Positions 27,318 through 38,672 of a DNA stretch of 64,000 nucleotides are shown one piece after another. Made by a program: the position numbers and the translations under genes. The stretch covers positions 28,547,353-28,611,352 of the forward strand of contig NC_068985.1 of NCBI RefSeq assembly GCF_001194135.2. The letters are read 5' to 3'. Source of the DNA: Octopus bimaculoides (lineage: Eukaryota). The notes under the pieces are model-generated. The model saw nothing but the letters and a program-made list of their open reading frames with translations, was not told where the DNA came from and did not search any database. Positions within the stretch are counted from its first letter, which is position 1; the number at the start of each line of letters is the position of its first letter.

Positions 27318-27443
27318 TCTTGATGCTTGAGAAGTCGTCTTTCCGACCTCTGTTCTCTGGTCTGCTCCTCTCATCTGCCTTTTAACAAATTTATCAGAAA
27401 GCACCACTTTAGTCTTCGATATCATCTTCCTGTCCAACTGGAA
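27318..27443 (-). CDS. Candidate internal exon, 126 nt, product unknown
   Basis: Acceptor caacttctttcag, donor gtaagc; only phase 0 is open: FQLDRKMISKTKVVLSDKFVKRQMRGADQRTEVGKTTSQASR. No homologue recognised. Confidence 0.35.
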
Positions 27444-28232
27444 CTGAAAGAAGTTGCGAGGGCTTGACCGAAAACAAAAGTGTACTCCATTTAATCGCTT
27501 TCGTTATACCCACGAAACGAGTAAATATGTCCGTTGTTTCCGGTATAACAAAGTACCCGGGCTATCCACAAGGATAGGATCGGCTAATGCACGGATCTGT
27601 CACACGTGTGACATTGGGCGTAAAACAAATCTGTAGATCAACAATGTGCAAACGCTAAACACTTATGTGTAGAACGGTTTCGTCGATCTCTGCAAATCTC
27701 GTACAGGTGTGAATAACATCACTTCCGTACAGGCGTGAATAACGTCACTTTCAAGTTAGCAGCATCCCCAAGCTCGTCCATAATTATGAAATGCTGAATG
27801 TCACCTAAATTACTCATAAATCCATGTAAACAAGCAGTTATAAATACTTCACGGTGGAGTGTATCTGACTGACTTTCTGGCTTTCTTTTCATTGGAACAT
27901 CAAGGTACTATTTTTGTCTTTCTTTTTTGGTGTGTAGTTAGAGCTTCACTGATCTTTCACACAGTTTTCAGTCTGCGATGTAATACGCTTGTCATGTCAT
28001 GTAGGTTTATTGTTGATATGTCTATCATATATATATATATATATATGATTAAAATCCAAGTTGTGACCTCTTGAAGCACATCTACTTATTTCAGTATTCT
28101 AAATCAGTATTTAGACGTTATATTTGTTTGAGGAATGCATAAAAGTTGTAAGGAGTTGAAAATTCTGGTAAACAGTTTCTGTAGAGTGATTATATATCAA
28201 AACAGGATATTGAAAAGTTTTTGGTATGACTT

Positions 28233-28483
28233 ATTCACCATTATACATATTCCATTTGCTAATAGGAGTTATAAAATTCAACATTCAGTAGAAACATGTA
28301 AGATATCTCCCATTATGAATTCTTCAATGAGAGAATCAAATATTATTATTATAATCATATTATTAATATTGTTATTATTTGATTTTCTGTCTGAAGAATT
28401 TCTAGTAGGAGATATCTTACATGTTTCCACTACATGTACAATTTTGTAATATATTAGTAAATGAATCATGTGCAATGGTGATT
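28233..28483. repeat. About 250-bp tail-to-tail fold-back with an (ATT)n-rich loop
   Basis: agtagaaacatgtaagatatctcc (28287-28310) is the reverse complement of 28408-28431 with 1 mismatch; pairing continues imperfectly inward and outward. Confidence 0.7.
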
Positions 28484-28512
28484 AATAATACCAAAGATTT
28501 TCCAATCTCTTG

Positions 28513-28560
<48 letters not shown>

Positions 28561-28563
<3 letters not shown>

Positions 28564-28608
28564 AGGCGTGTGGTTTAGTGGTTGGGGTATTCTGCTCACG
28601 AATACCCT
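28561..28608 (+). mobile_element. tRNA-SINE head fragment
   Basis: gaaggcgtgtggtttagtggttggggtattctgctcacga, an A-box-containing 5' half. Confidence 0.5.
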
Positions 28609-29794
28609 TGCATGCAAGTAATAACAACCATAGAGAATCAATGATAATGTTGAAGACAAAAGTTTGAGTTATCTTTAAAAACTTCGTAAAAAAATATTAT
28701 GCAGATATGATGAAGAAATGTTGTAGACATACTGATGAATAACGTGCTGAAAGCAAACCCAAAATATTTTCATAAGAAAATAGCAATGATATTGTTGTAA
28801 TAATTCGCAGAACACTAGTAAAAGGTTATAATATCGTGCAGAAGCGAACTAAGAATTTGAAGCATGTGATTTAAAGTCACTCCAGCACGAAATACATTTT
28901 TTTCTAATATTGTTATTAGTATATCTAGCATGAATTGGGAACTATTTTGTATACATGGAAACAGTTTAAAAGTAACTTCAGATCGAAATTAACAATACTA
29001 AGATGTGTAAATGCTATTAGAGAATGGCTGTCACACAATCTCATTTAGTCCGCCGTTGTGCCAACTAAAGAAATCAATATTAGCCAGACGCAACATTTGT
29101 TGAGTGATCGAACAATTCATGATGCGTGGCCTTCTTTTGATATTATTAAGACGGTTCGATAATTTTGTTGTTGTTTCTTAGCGTTTTGTATGCAGATAGC
29201 GTGTGTCCTCAGAGGCAGTGTTGCTGATGAAGTACACCCCCCGATATTCTTGAATTTTGGGAATGGTGACGTAAAAAAGAGGTGAAAAAAAACGAAGAGA
29301 CTGCCAGCCTTCGTGAATGAGATGCTAGAAAACTGTTTGTGAAAACACCTAAGTGCGACAAAAATGAATCAAGTGAGTTGAGAAGTAGAAAAACTGCTTG
29401 TATAAAGAACTGAACAAATACAAAAAGAAATAGAATCACATATAGAAAGTTCTTCAAACAACCAATATAGAGTATCGACGGGAGAAACCTGCAAGGGTAC
29501 GTTCAGATACAGAGTAAATGGGCAACTTTAATATAAAAGGGAACGTAGGATTGAAAATAGAAGTAACTCGACATATATGCAATTATTTGTCATTGACTCT
29601 GAATAGAATAGTTATCCGTTAACTTGACATTATAAATTATCACGTTACTGTTTGTCTTATTGGGAAATGAAAGAAGCCAGACTCAATGCCATGCTCCATA
29701 GTAACTAAGGTTGACAGAGAAACCCCAACTTTTGACGAAAATGATCGAAATCGTGAGGCTTTTTCCTAACCTTAATCTGAAAATTATTGCCTTA

Positions 29795-30010
29795 CGAGGA
29801 GGTACTGAAAAGTTCCTGGCTTTGGGTAAAAGAAAATGCAGGAGGATCAGTTAATTAGGATCTTATTCAACATATTCCCCACTCATATTCACACACGTAT
29901 TGCAGCAGTCCTTCAGTTTTACTAAGCCCTGTAAAAGAACCCGGAAGGTTGGACCTCCAACCTTTCGCGAAACCCTTAAGGCCAGGGACATTTTAGCCCA
30001 CCCCCCTTCG
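29795..30010. mobile_element. Mariner-type MITE flanked by TA
   Basis: TA|cgaggaggtactgaaaagttcctggc ... gccagggacattttagcccaccccccttcg|TA, degenerate TIRs. Confidence 0.7.
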
Positions 30011-30454
30011 TATATCTTATTATTGATAAATATATAAATAGTGTTTTATAACAGGAAGTGAATTGGGGGAAATATGTCATTTATACATTTTCTAAGAGTA
30101 TCATGAAGGCACACAGGAAATGAAATTGCCGTAGCTATAGCCATGGTTGAAACCGAACGGGGAACTTAACTAAAAGTGAGTTCGTCCTCAGTGATTGCTA
30201 TAAACAATAATTGCTTTTTCACTAGAACCAAGAACTGCATTTCTACAGGGAGGATCAATGAAATGCTTGTATTCTGATAAATTTCACAAAGTCTTCATAA
30301 TGGTTTAATTGGAACTAATTTTTTTTAAAGTTTAGATTGAATTTAGTCATAAATTACGTATTGTCTCGAATAATACACGCACTTCAAAATCTCGAATTTG
30401 TACTTTTGTTCTGCTTAATGATGCAGTATAAAAAATATTTAAACTTATAAACAT

Positions 30455-30620
30455 AGGTGCAGGCTTGGTTGTGTGGTAAGAAGCTTGCTTCTCCACCACA
30501 TGGCTCCGGGTTCAGTCGCACTGCGTGGCACCTTGGGTAAGTGTCTTCTACTATAGTCTCGGGCCGACCAAAGCCTTGTGAGTGGGTTTGGTAGAGAGGA
30601 AACTGAAAGAAGCTCGTCGT

Positions 30621-30659
<39 letters not shown>

Positions 30660-30880
30660 TTTTATGTTTATGTGTTTGTGTTTGTTCCCCCACCATCGCT
30701 TGACAACCGATGTTGGTGTGTTTATGTACCCGAAACTTAGTGGTTCAGCAAAAGAGACCGATAAAAAGTACTAGGCTTACAAAAAATAAGTCCTGGGTGG
30801 ATTTGTTCGACTAAAGGCGGTGCTCCAGTATGGCCGCAGTCAGATGACTGTAACGTGTAAAGGAGTAAAAAAGTAAAAAG
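30455..30880 (+). mobile_element. tRNA-derived SINE family A, full length with internal (AT)n
   Basis: Head with A/B-box-like motifs (gtgtggtaag; gggttcagtcgc), internal microsatellite, body cgcttgacaaccg...ggcggtgctccag...gactg, A-rich tail. Confidence 0.85.
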
Positions 30881-32090
30881 TATAACAGCGTGAAGCTTCA
30901 TTTCACTGCATTGTCTTGCCAGTTCTTATTGATTTCACTGTATAAAATTGATAAGACTCGCTTCATTATTCTAAAGTTCGTTTACCAACCGGGTTAACTT
31001 TACTTGAACCAAACTTTATAAAGTATTTGATTATCAAGTCCATTACTTATCAAACTCATCAAAACTTGTATCTACTTTTTAAACTGGTTTAATCAAAATT
31101 AATTCAGATCTTTAATAGATTACTTCAGTCTGGACGAAACGGAAGCATAGACACAATATAGATAGAATGATAATTAACAGTATTCAGTTTTTGAAAGAAA
31201 TCATGCTATTTATTAACTAATGACTGCCAATGATCAGTATTGTGATCGCATTAATGCCAATAAGTTTATAAGGACTTTTTCATTTTGTACATTGAGAAAA
31301 TTTATGCACTTACAAACTGTGCACGGACTAAGACATATGATAAAAGATCTATAGCGGAGAGAAAATAATATGTGTTCTAATGATTTCTTTCTCAAAATAT
31401 ATATCGTGTAAATGAAGTGAAACTGCTTCAACACGCAATAGAAAGCAGTTTGAGATGTACGTCACCAAGGAAATTTCCATTCTTCCACGGCACTTAACCA
31501 CAGTGACGGCTGATACTATTCTTAACTTACAGAGCTATAAGTCATCAAGGAAACCAAGAGTAGATGTCATTTTGATTTCACGGATAACTTCGTCTGCATG
31601 TAATACATTTAACATTAATATAGAAATTTTGGTGATGAGGTCACGAATCGACTGGGTTATGAGATTCTCGGATAAAATATCTGACTTAAATCGCTTCAGA
31701 TTTTGCACTTTAGGTATAAATGCAGAATTCTTTGAGCGTAGGTTGAAATGTCTTGTGCTGTTTCGGCTCTACGTCCTGCGATTAAATTCTGTTCCTCACA
31801 CATTACTCTGAAGAAAGAGTCAGATAAATTGCAACAGACAGTGGCACAAGTATCAATGTAATCGTCACAAGACAGTTGAAACGAGACAAGGATACACAAG
31901 ACTCGGAGATAAAACTCTTTGGGGGATAAAACTTGCAATACTTGCTCACATTCAAACCCAATTATTTATATACAGATATAAGGTTCACAGTTATTATATT
32001 TCAACATTTACCCTCCAACCCAGAACAAAACGTTACGTATCTACTATGTAGAAGTTACAAGCCCGTTTTATAGGTTTGTGTATTTGAATG

Positions 32091-32617
32091 CTCCTCGTAG
32101 AGTAATCGAATAATGAAGTCCACTGTCATCTCAACTCGAACTAAACTCCGCTTATTTAGTTCAAACGTAAAATCTGTGCTTTTGTATGGTTGTGAAACAT
32201 AGAGGGCCACCTGCAGCAACTACAAGAAGATCCAGACCTTCATCAACAAATGTCTCTGGCATATCCTCCATCTGAAGTGGTTCGACCGAGTGCCAAACAC
32301 CGACCTGTGGGAAAGGGCCAACCCGGAGCCCATACATATTCAGATTAGACGAAGGAAATGGAGATGGATCGGACACATACTGCGGAAAGAAACCTCAAAT
32401 GTGACACGACAAGCACTTGACTGGAACCAGAAAGGGAAAAAGAAGCAAGGACGCCCTAAGCAGACATGGAAGCGGAGCATTTTGGACGAGCTAGGGGACC
32501 ACCGGCCTGAGATGGGAAGCAGCCAAGAAACACGCCAATGACCACAAAAAGTGGAAAATATCTGTTGAGGCCCTATGATCCACAAGGAGCAAAAAGGATT
32601 AAGAGAGAGAGAGAAGA
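32091..32617 (+). mobile_element. RTE-clade LINE, 5'-truncated 3' fragment with (GA)n tail and 11-bp TSD
   Basis: Frame from 32128: ISTRTKLRLFSSNVKSVLLYGCET*...KWRWIGHILRK...ALDWN..GK..QGRPKQTW, typical of the RTE C-terminus. TSD gtatttgaatg at 32080-32090 and 32618-32628. Contains stops and a frameshift. Confidence 0.92.
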
Positions 32618-32692
32618 GTATTTGAATGATAATAAATATGAACAGAATATTGACTGTAGATTAAAATGAACATATTATTTAAAATCACTGTT

Positions 32693-32884
32693 CAGGGGCA
32701 TATATTCCGGGCGTGCTAGGTGTGCGCTTCACACCCATCGAAAATGGAAAATTCATTATAAATATTAACCTTACTCTTTAATTTAATCAGAAGACTTAAT
32801 GGAAAACTTTTGTTATATCGCTGCTTGACATTTGGAGACATCAGGTGTGGCAGCACACCCAGTACAACAAGCACAATACGCCAA

Positions 32885-32886
<2 letters not shown>
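32693..32886. mobile_element. Possible degenerate MITE
   Basis: caggggcatat...tacgccaatg degenerate TIRs, with ggtgtg..cacaccc motifs near both ends. Confidence 0.3.
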
Positions 32887-32921
<35 letters not shown>

Positions 32922-33224
32922 NNNNNNNNNNNNNNNNNNNNNNNNNNNNNNNNNNNNNNNNNNNNNNNNNNNNNNNNNNNNNNNNNNNNNNNNNNNNNNN
33001 NNNNNNNNNNNNNNNNNNNNNNNNNNNNNNNNNNNNNNNNNNNNNNNNNNNNNNNNNNNNNNNNNNNNNNNNNNNNNNNNNNNNNNNNNNNNNNNNNNNN
33101 NNNNNNNNNNNNNNNNNNNNNNNNNNNNNNNNNNNNNNNNNNNNNNNNNNNNNNNNNNNNNNNNNNNNNNNNNNNNNNNNNNNNNNNNNNNNNNNNNNNN
33201 NNNNNNNNNNNNNNNNNNNNNNNN

Positions 33225-33284
<60 letters not shown>

Positions 33285-33669
33285 CCTGTTTACGTTTGTG
33301 TGTCTATGGCTGTACGTGGTCCTATCTATACAAAGTCGTTTTATACTTAGATACTGACCTTTCACCATTTCAATTGAGACTGGGCTGTTCTCTATACAAT
33401 GTCAAGTACCTTTTTTAACGAACTTATCTCTCGATACTTGGAAAGATCTGTTTACAACTTCACTTTCTTCTTTGATTACAATGACTAAAGTTCAAGAAAA
33501 ATAAACAGTTATCTTTTTCTTTTGTCTATCTTTATCAGTTATCAAGACTTGAAGACTTGGTGTATTAATTAAACAACGATATTCACACACATACCACCTC
33601 ACTCGATAATTAGTTTATCTAATTAAGATTATGTTTATTCTGAACCTGAATTTTCATTATATATAAATG

Positions 33670-33726
<57 letters not shown>

Positions 33727-33898
33727 CTCTCTCTCTGTATATATATATATATATATANNNNNNNNNNATATATATATATATATATATCAAAAATTTAGAT
33801 TTAAATGAATATGGTGCTTAAGTTGAGGCACCAGAATTTAGTACGGTATTATCCATATAATTTCAAAATAAGGTGATTATTTTGATTCTTATCTGCTT

Positions 33899-33932
<34 letters not shown>

Positions 33933-34073
33933 GAAAAGCATTGATATCTAGAAGACCTAAAGAGTGTCGGGTAACGCTAAGTAAGTGCTATGGATAGACA
34001 GTGTGTAAACTCTTGGTTCGATAATGATACGAGTGAAGAGTCTAATGTGGATCTTGTATTAGCATGCATATAT

Positions 34074-34290
34074 ATTAGACAAAATGAGATAACAAATCCA
34101 AGGAGTTTTCAGGTCATTTGGGATGAAATAGTCTTACAGCTGTTTCTGGGATATTATGGATATCCCTTTTCTCACACCGTCTCTGATGAGGGGATATCCA
34201 TAATATCCTAGAAACAGCTGTAAGACTATTTCATTACAAATGTTCTCAAAACTCCTCACAGCCTTGGAGTAGTTATCTCATTCTGTCTAA
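34074..34290. repeat. Long inverted repeat (fold-back) of HHR-bearing Penelope-like terminal sequence
   Basis: Inner arms 34131-34166 and 34191-34226 match 35/36 as reverse complements; imperfect pairing extends to about 34074 and 34290; 24-nt loop. Confidence 0.8.
34179..34226 (+). ncRNA. Minimal hammerhead ribozyme of a second family, near-canonical, inside a fold-back
   Basis: gtct-CTGATGA-ggggatat(ccata)atatccta-GAAA-c(agct)g-TA-agac: palindromic loop III, GUA site, 4-bp stem I, but a G.A mismatch at 10.1-11.1. Confidence 0.65.
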
Positions 34291-34646
34291 CGTGCACACA
34301 CACACACACACACACACGTATAGTTGTGTGGCAAGAACAAGAGAAACATGGAAAACAAGACAAGTAACATAAAAAACGACACTTCATCAGTTGTTGGCTG
34401 TCCTTCTACTACTATNNNNNNNNNNNNNNNNNNNNNNNNNNNNNNNNNNNNNNNNNNNNNNNNNNNNNNNNNNNNNNNNNNNNNNNNNNNNNNNNNNNNN
34501 NNNNNNNNNNNNNNNNNNNNNNNNNNNNNNNNNNNNNNNNNNNNNNNNNNNNNNNNNNNNNNNNNNNNNNNNNNNNNNNNNNNNNNNNNNNNNNNNNNNN
34601 NNNNNNNNNNNNNNNNNNNNNNNNNNNNNNNNNNNNNNNNNNNNNN

Positions 34647-34685
<39 letters not shown>

Positions 34686-34710
34686 TATGTGTGTGTTTTA
34701 CACACACGCG

Positions 34711-34789
<79 letters not shown>

Positions 34790-35504
34790 TCTGCATGGCC
34801 TTAACATTATCAATGACCGGTTATTAAAACTCCACTTATGTTGCTCTGTGTTTCTAAACTCTAGTCGCGAAGCAGTGTGATTTCACAGACGTTTCACCTA
34901 CAGAACGTAATGTTAATTAGCAAATGAATAACTAAAACTGAAGTTACGTAATCACATTTGTTCACTTACAAGTGTTTCCGCTACAATGAATCGTAGACAC
35001 AGAGATGAGTGACAGAATCTTAACTTCTTGTTAACGCTCTGATAAAGCCATTAGATGTCGTACCGTCACTTACCTCTAGGTGCATATTGACTGATAGCAG
35101 AAAGATCTGTATGCTAATGAATTGGATTATGTAACTACTGTTATATTGCCATTCATTTATTAATACACACACGGACATATGTGTGTGTATCTATGTCATA
35201 CATGTGTGTGAGTATATGTATATTTATATCTCTCCTTCTCTGTCCATGTATACGCACATGCTCATACGTGTGTGTGACTGTGTGTATATACACAAACACA
35301 CGCTCGTATGTGAGAATTCGATTATGTTGAGTGGATGGAAAACGGACAGGATGAAGTATTATATAGAATGTTTCGAATGTTTATTATAATATATTCTTGC
35401 TTGTCTTATTCTACGCGCAGCATCTCAAGATTAATAACAAAAAGTATCTAAAAAGATAAGCCTGAAATCTACTCATGCAAACATACATAGACACATAATA
35501 CATC

Positions 35505-35934
35505 AGGTGGCAAATATACTTCACGATGTCATGCAGCTACTGTTTATACCTCGCTCAGATATTTATTATTGCTTGTTTCCACTTTTTCGAGATCAGTAAC
35601 TTTTCGTCTCTGGAAAAAGGATATATATATATTTGCATTGAGAACTACTTCCCATCGCCAACTGGTGGTTGTCACACGCTGATGATGGGTCAATACCCAG
35701 AAACTCGGGTCCGTGTGTATCACGTCAAACTGGAGATGTGTAGGATGGCTTCCCTTTGCAAATACTGATAGGGCACAGAAAGTGTGTCAATAGCCAGGTA
35801 AAGGAGATGTCTTCATAGGGCTACAAGCTACAGTAGCATCAATCCTTAAGGGTTAGCCACAGGTAGGTAGCAAATATACTTCATGATGTCGTGCAGCTAC
35901 TGTTTATATCTCGCTCAGAGATTTATTATTGCTT
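35505..35934 (+). mobile_element. HHR-bearing non-coding retroelement (retrozyme-like / non-autonomous Penelope-like), copy A, 360-bp unit plus 70-bp terminal redundancy
   Basis: Direct repeats 35505-35574 and 35865-35934 (5 mismatches in 70), central HHR, no credible ORF, 3' end abuts an (AC)n tract. Confidence 0.75.
35673..35717 (+). ncRNA. Minimal type I hammerhead ribozyme, complete core
   Basis: cacacg-CTGATGA-tgggt(caat)accca-GAAA-c(tcgg)g-TC-cgtgtg: 6-bp stem I, CUGAUGA core, 5-bp stem II, GAAA, minimal stem III, GUC cleavage triplet at 35709-35711. Pair 10.1-11.1 is U-A rather than the usual G-C. Confidence 0.85.
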
Positions 35935-35959
35935 ATACACACACACAGATATATACAAT

Positions 35960-36350
35960 ACAAACATGTACAAGCAAGAAAAAGCACGAAAAAACAACAA
36001 CGCGAGGCCGTGGAATAAGTACAGTGTTATTGGACGTTCAGGAAAGGAAAGAAAAGAAAGAGGATTTCGCGTTTCGAGCGGAGCTCTTCATCAGAAATAT
36101 AGAAAAAGTCCAAAAAAGAGAAGACGGAGAAAGAAAATCGCCAACGATACACACGCGGTCACATATTGAAATGACCGGAAGGGAAAGAGTGGAGAAAAAG
36201 TTCTTTTCAAAGACAGGAGAGAGATTGAAGGTGTTGGAGGAAGGAGTGGAGGTGAGGCATGGTGAGAGGGTGTGAGTGTAGGTGTTATAGTTGGCGACAA
36301 AAATAGAAAATTGTAAGAAGAAAGAATAAAAGTAGGAGGACGAGAAAAAG
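35960..36350 (-). mobile_element. Probable Penelope-like element terminal fragment with degenerate HHR (36064-36098)
   Basis: Minus strand attt-CTGATGA-a-gagc(tcc)gctc-GAAA-cgcg-aaat, followed by a pyrimidine-rich tail ending at a microsatellite. Confidence 0.45.
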
Positions 36351-36517
36351 TGGAAGAGTCACGGGCGGATTATGATGATTTCCAATCAAAATCAGATTGG
36401 CGTAATCCGAATGAACAGGAACTGGTATATCCAAAGGAACTGGCATATCCAGGAATTGGTATCTCCAAAGTCAGTCAGAAGGCCGGCGTCCGTATGAGCG
36501 TGAGGTATATATTCAAT

Positions 36518-36555
<38 letters not shown>

Positions 36556-37749
36556 TATGTTTACTTTATACGGCCTGACAAGAGATTAAAGAACAAGACT
36601 ACCACCACTGCTACCAACAAACAGATATTTCCAAAATATAACACAATAAATTTGCACAAAAAAATTACAGAATTTCACATGTTGCGTCTCTAACATTAGA
36701 CTGTCATTTGTCCTCAATACTGTAGCAAAACTAACGCATCTTACATGACTGATGGAACATATAGCAAAGATATCCAAATGTCCCTAGAGAACTTGTCAAG
36801 CCTATATGACAAAACAGAGTATTCGTAGTTCACATATACAAGCTTGTGTGTCTATCAATAGATTCCTTAAGAGATTTGCGTTGATTGGTGGCGACATCAT
36901 CATTGATTGCAGAGACGCTTTGTAATCGTTTTTATGCTGATTGTGGTGCTGGATGTAGTGTTAGTAGAAATGATTGTTATCATGACGATTGCCATGGATG
37001 TAGTTGAGATGCGATAATAGTACATTAGTGTGTGTAAGTGTGTGTGTATGTGTGTACGTGTAAGGCTTATTTTGACCTGAAATCGAAACCTCATCGTAAC
37101 CATAGCCAGCTTCGAGGTAAGTTTATATCTTGCTGAACACCATTTCAGCATATCAAACCAGTTTAAACATTCCTAGCAGTTTAGCTTTGAACTTTGCTGA
37201 AATTAAAAGAATAGATGAATCTGTTTAACATTAGAAAAATATAAGAAAATAAAACTTAAAACAGTTACCTTAATCGATAATCAATCAATTTTTAGTGTAT
37301 TATAGCGTTTAATTCTTTCTGATAGTTGTTTTGGTCATCTAGATTTTATTCGTGTTATTTGGCTTGAAATTCGTGACCCTAATTAAATTGATGTATAGAG
37401 GCTGGCTTTTTATGTAGCTTCACATTAAATGTATATAAATGTCTCAATTGGACAATAGCGTGAGTTAGTGAACCGTGTTGTACACATATTCAGTAAAGAC
37501 AACTGAGGTTTTAATTAAGAAGTAAAGAAATCAAGTTTCTACATGAAAAGTCGAGAATCAAGAAGACAGTGTTGTTATTTCGACGTAGTCTTTTCCATTA
37601 AATTACTTTCCATTGACACAGACAATATGTAAGTATTGTGAGGAGGAGGCTTTATGTAAGTATCATTCACCTCGTTAGAATGATCTGTAAATATTAACAC
37701 GAGCTTAGAACTGAATAACTATAACTATTGAAGAATACCTACATACATA

Positions 37750-37791
<42 letters not shown>

Positions 37792-38450
37792 TAGTTATCG
37801 CCAAGCCAACATGGCAGTCCCAAAATTAGGACGAAAGCTGCCGTGAATTAGCTCCAAGAAGCCATCGCCTCTAGCTAGCTATGTGACACACGAAACCTGT
37901 GNNNNNNNNNNNNNNNNNNNNNNNNNNNNNNNNNNNNNNNNNNNNNNNNNNNNNNNNNNNNNNNNNNNNNNNNNNNNNNNNNNNNNNNNNNNNNNNNNNN
38001 NNNNNNNNNNNNNNNNNNNNNNNNNNNNNNNNNNNNNNNNNNNNNNNNNNNNNNNNNNNNNNNNNNNNNNNNNNNNNNNNNNNNNNNNNNNNNNNNNNNN
38101 NNNNNNNNNNNNNNNNNNNNNNNNNNNNNNNNNNNNNNNNNNNNNNNNNNNNNNNNNNNNNNNNNNNNNNNNNNNNNNNNNNNNNNNNNNNNNNNNNNNN
38201 NNNNNNNNNNNNNNNNNNNNNNNNNNNNNNNNNNNNNNNNNNNNNNNNNNNNNNNNNNNNNNNNNNNNNNNNNNNNNNNNNNNNNNNNNNNNNNNNNNNN
38301 NNNNNNNNNNNNNNNNNNNNNNNNNNNNNNNNNNNNNNNNNNNNNNNNNNNNNNNNNNNNNNNNNNTATATATATATATATATATATGCCCAGATTCTAA
38401 TGAATCTTATAACTAATCCATATACATATGCGTATGTGTGTGTGTACAAT

Positions 38451-38492
<42 letters not shown>

Positions 38493-38672
38493 CGCGCGTG
38501 TGTGTGTGTGTGTGTATACTTCAGGTTTGAGGCTCTGATGAAACTGTACTGGATTACTCGGGCGTTGAACTAGGAGTTTCCCTCCATCTTATAGTAGAGG
38601 AAACAGCTGTAAGTTAATGAACATCATGAGATAATCGTTTAATCCCTTTGTCATCTCTGTCCTATAACTTAT

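Noticed and set aside
27700-27750. Two 25-bp direct repeats as a CRISPR-like array
   Set aside because: Only two adjacent copies with no spacer, in a eukaryotic context; a simple tandem duplication.
28725-28760. CTGATGA...GAAA
   Set aside because: No stem II and no UH site, so a chance match. CTGATGA at 29224 and on the minus strand at 34385 also lacks a partner GAAA.
37056-37117. Plus-strand exon AYFDLKSKPHRNHSQLR ending at GAG|gtaagt
   Set aside because: The donor is strong, but the acceptor lies in a (GT)n tract with no pyrimidine tract.
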